Assembly (NCBI GenBank): GCA_041736305.1
Contig: JBGSTX010000212.1
Coordinates: 1 to 19,702, forward strand
DNA length: 19,702 nt
Source of the DNA: Oligoflexus sp.
GTDB lineage: Bacteria > Bdellovibrionota_B > Oligoflexia > Oligoflexales > Oligoflexaceae
Direction of reading: 5' to 3'
The translations under genes were made by a program, and so were the position numbers. Positions 17,900 to 19,702 of the stretch are shown one piece after another. Below the pieces are notes generated by a model. That model worked only from the letters and a program-made list of their open reading frames with translations, was not told the DNA's origin and did no database searches. Each line of letters begins with the position of its first letter. Position 1 is the first letter of the stretch.

Positions 17900-17921
17900 A
17901 GGCCACTTATAAAAGTGGCCT
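17900..17921 (-). terminator. hairpin downstream of the tRNA-Lys/Glu operon, probable terminator
   Basis: AGGCCACTT-ATAA-AAGTGGCCT perfect 9-bp stem, 30 nt beyond tRNA-Glu. The U tract is weak. Confidence 0.55.
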
Positions 17922-17951
17922 ATCAGCTAACTGAAGAAATTGAGAGGAGAG

Positions 17952-18028
17952 TGGCGTCCCCAGGGGGATTCGAACCCCCGTCGCCGCCGTGAAAGGGCGG
18001 TGTCCTGGGCCAACTAGACGATAGGGAC
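17952..18028 (-). tRNA. tRNA-Glu(TTC)
   Basis: The reverse complement reads GTCCCTA...CCGCC-CTTTCAC-GGCGG...GGGGG-TTCGAAT-CCCCC-TGGGGAC-G-CCA. Confidence 0.97.
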
Positions 18029-18091
18029 AGTCTAAAATAAACTTCTTCATCCAGAGAGACTTTGTCTAAGGTCATCTCGGGGTTTTGCAAA

Positions 18092-18164
18092 TGAGCCCTG
18101 CTGGATTCGAACCAGCGACCCGCACATTAAAAGTGTGCTGCTCTACCAGCTGAGCTAAGAGCCC
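18092..18164 (-). tRNA. tRNA-Lys(TTT), CCA not encoded
   Basis: The reverse complement reads GGGCTCT...GCACA-CTTTTAA-TGTGC...GCTGG-TTCGAAT-CCAGC-AGGGCTC-A, followed by TTT. Confidence 0.96.
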
Positions 18165-18202
18165 ATTTTTGCAGTTCCAAACGCTTAGCGTCGGGAAGTA
18201 AC

Positions 18203-18240
18203 TATCTACAGTTGCCCTGATTTTGTGTCAACTTTTTTTT
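18203..18240 (-). promoter_or_regulatory. candidate promoter of the tRNA-Lys/Glu operon
   Basis: A8 tract (UP-like), then TTGACA-N17-TAGATA. The -10 box is imperfect. Confidence 0.5.
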
Positions 18241-18351
18241 GGAAATATTTTCAGGATAGCAGCCGATTGATTTTTGAAGGCGTTTCTCCTAGTATGGCCG
18301 CACCTGCGAAGTAGGTTGTTTCCAGGCTTTTGGAACCGAAAGGTGGCTGAC

Positions 18352-18672
18352 ATGACTGTTATCAAGCGTAACCGCGTAACGACTACTAGCGATCTGGTCA
18401 CAGCCATAGAAAAGTTATGCCCCCTTCTTGAAGGTCAAAGCGAATTTGATGCTGTGAAAGACCTTCGTGAGGCTGCTAAAACCCTCCGCTCCGCAACTGA
18501 AGGTAGCGATCCTTACAAGCAAGCCATACATGCAATAGTTGATGCTTTCGAAGGCGAGCACGAGCTGATGCCTTACACCTTGCAACGCGATACAGATCAG
18601 TGGACAGAAGTCGAAGAACTCTCGCAAGTGAGCTCCCGCGTTCTAAGCCTCGCTCGTCGCCTTGCATATTAG
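18352..18672 (+). CDS. small alpha-helical hypothetical protein (106 aa)
   Basis: ATG at 18352 follows AAAGGTGG. Natural amphipathic composition; no family recognised. Confidence 0.8.
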   Translation: MTVIKRNRVTTTSDLVTAIEKLCPLLEGQSEFDAVKDLREAAKTLRSATEGSDPYKQAIHAIVDAFEGEHELMPYTLQRDTDQWTEVEELSQVSSRVLSLARRLAY

Positions 18673-19001
18673 AAGACTTTCTAGGAACGAGAGTGACTGT
18701 GACGCAGGGAAGAGAAAAGGCTGGAAATCAGCATTGATAGGCTCTGATTTTTTCCTAACGACAGCTCGTTTCTCTGGGACACCTTCTCGAACTTACTCGC
18801 CCAGACGAGAATCCCTTTAGAAAAGGCTCATAAATTGAATGGTTCTACCCCCGTGTTGCATTTTCGCAATTAACTTTTGGCGAGAACTTGCTACAATTTT
18901 TAACAAGCCTCAGTTTTCGAGTATCGCGCCCTATCAAAAAGGCGAAGCACGAATTTTCAGACACTTCTTCATTATAGGGTGACACTATTAATACGACTTA
19001 C

Positions 19002-19702
19002 GTGCCGCAAAGGCAAAGCACCTTGAAGCTGGATTATTTCCTCTATTCCTGCTTTGAATACGAACAACTCTGTAAAGCCAACCCTAATAAAGCTATGGCA
19101 CCTCAGCGTTGGCCGGCAATGCTAGCTTTTCTTGATGGACAAGGGAAAGACTTGCGTGAAATTGGCACTCTCCAGGATCAGCTTCAGACTAGTGCCGCTT
19201 GGTATCTTGAGCAATTTCCGGCCTTAACTCACGATCGAAAACTTGAAATGGAAAACATTTCAGGAATCGCTGCAGCTACCGTTTTCTTCTGCCTCGACTT
19301 GAAACTCCTAGCGACTCAAGATGGCTCGCAAACTTTAGAAGCCCTATGCACTAGCGACCAAGGGCCTGTCTGGAACCAAGTTGATCGTATAGTAGACACG
19401 CAACTCAGCAACTTTGCTCACTATATCAAAGCATATCTCCGCTGGGTTTTTGTTAAAAAAGATGAGCAAGTGTGGGATGTTGGAAGTCGCCCCCCGGTCG
19501 GACGTTACTCTCCAGGCGCGCAAAGACGCCTGGGTCGCACGGGTAGTGATAGTCGAAGCGGCCCTAGCAGCGGTGGGCCTCAACGTCGCCCGTCTAATGG
19601 ACCTGGAGGAGGCGGCCAGCGTTCGGGAAATAGTGGTCCCCGACGCAATGATCGAGACCGAGGCAACGAGCGGGATCGAAGCAGTGAACATAGACCTGGT
19701 GG
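19002..19702 (+). CDS. hypothetical protein with Arg/Gly/Ser/Asp-rich low-complexity region (runs off the window)
   Basis: Not in the ORF track because no stop occurs in the window. The frame is open from 18978 to the end: LKLDYFLYSCFEYEQLCK...YLRWVFVKKDEQVWDVGSRPPVGRYSPG...RRPSNGPGGGGQRSGNSGPRRNDRDRGNERDR. Start is uncertain (ATT 18987, GTG 19002, TTG 19023). An extended -10 TGCTACAAT lies at 18889-18897. Confidence 0.8.
   Translation, partial: MPQRQSTLKLDYFLYSCFEYEQLCKANPNKAMAPQRWPAMLAFLDGQGKDLREIGTLQDQLQTSAAWYLEQFPALTHDRKLEMENISGIAAATVFFCLDLKLLATQDGSQTLEALCTSDQGPVWNQVDRIVDTQLSNFAHYIKAYLRWVFVKKDEQVWDVGSRPPVGRYSPGAQRRLGRTGSDSRSGPSSGGPQRRPSNGPGGGGQRSGNSGPRRNDRDRGNERDRSSEHRPG

Noticed and set aside
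947-18667. The other short ORFs nested in or antisense to the called genes
   Set aside because: They lie largely within well-supported CDSs and show no recognisable motifs.
18878-18892. sigma54-like TGGCGAGAACTTGCT
   Set aside because: The GG-GC spacing is 9 nt rather than the required 10.
19344-19691. 115-aa minus-strand ORF
   Set aside because: It is antisense to the longer open + frame, and its Ala/Ser/Thr/Arg bias is explained by that frame.

Overview
Bacterial chromosomal window; the gene content suggests a Bdellovibrionota/Oligoflexia-like delta-group organism, which is an inference. In order it contains: the 5' part of dnaK; a divergent Zn-ribbon membrane protein; an orphan receiver-domain protein; a ComEC-type protein; a polytopic membrane protein (GT-C-like); lpxC with a clear sigma54 promoter; a TPR + thiolase-like + FadB/FadJ-like operon below a TetR regulator; a divergent operon of two outer-membrane beta-barrels and a lipoprotein; recN; three tRNAs (Thr, Glu, Lys); and two hypothetical genes. 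Two things stand out. (1) The FadA-like and FadB-like genes are intact, coupled ORFs, but by manual alignment they have lost thiolase and dehydrogenase catalytic motifs, so they are a candidate pseudo-enzyme beta-oxidation complex tied to a TPR protein. (2) Between the convergent tRNAs lies a ~210 bp ORF-less IS200/IS605-type element that begins like an IscB omega/HEARO RNA and carries a compact GNRA-hairpin RNA, next to a frameshifted radical SAM remnant. All family calls come from motif recognition by eye; no searches were run.
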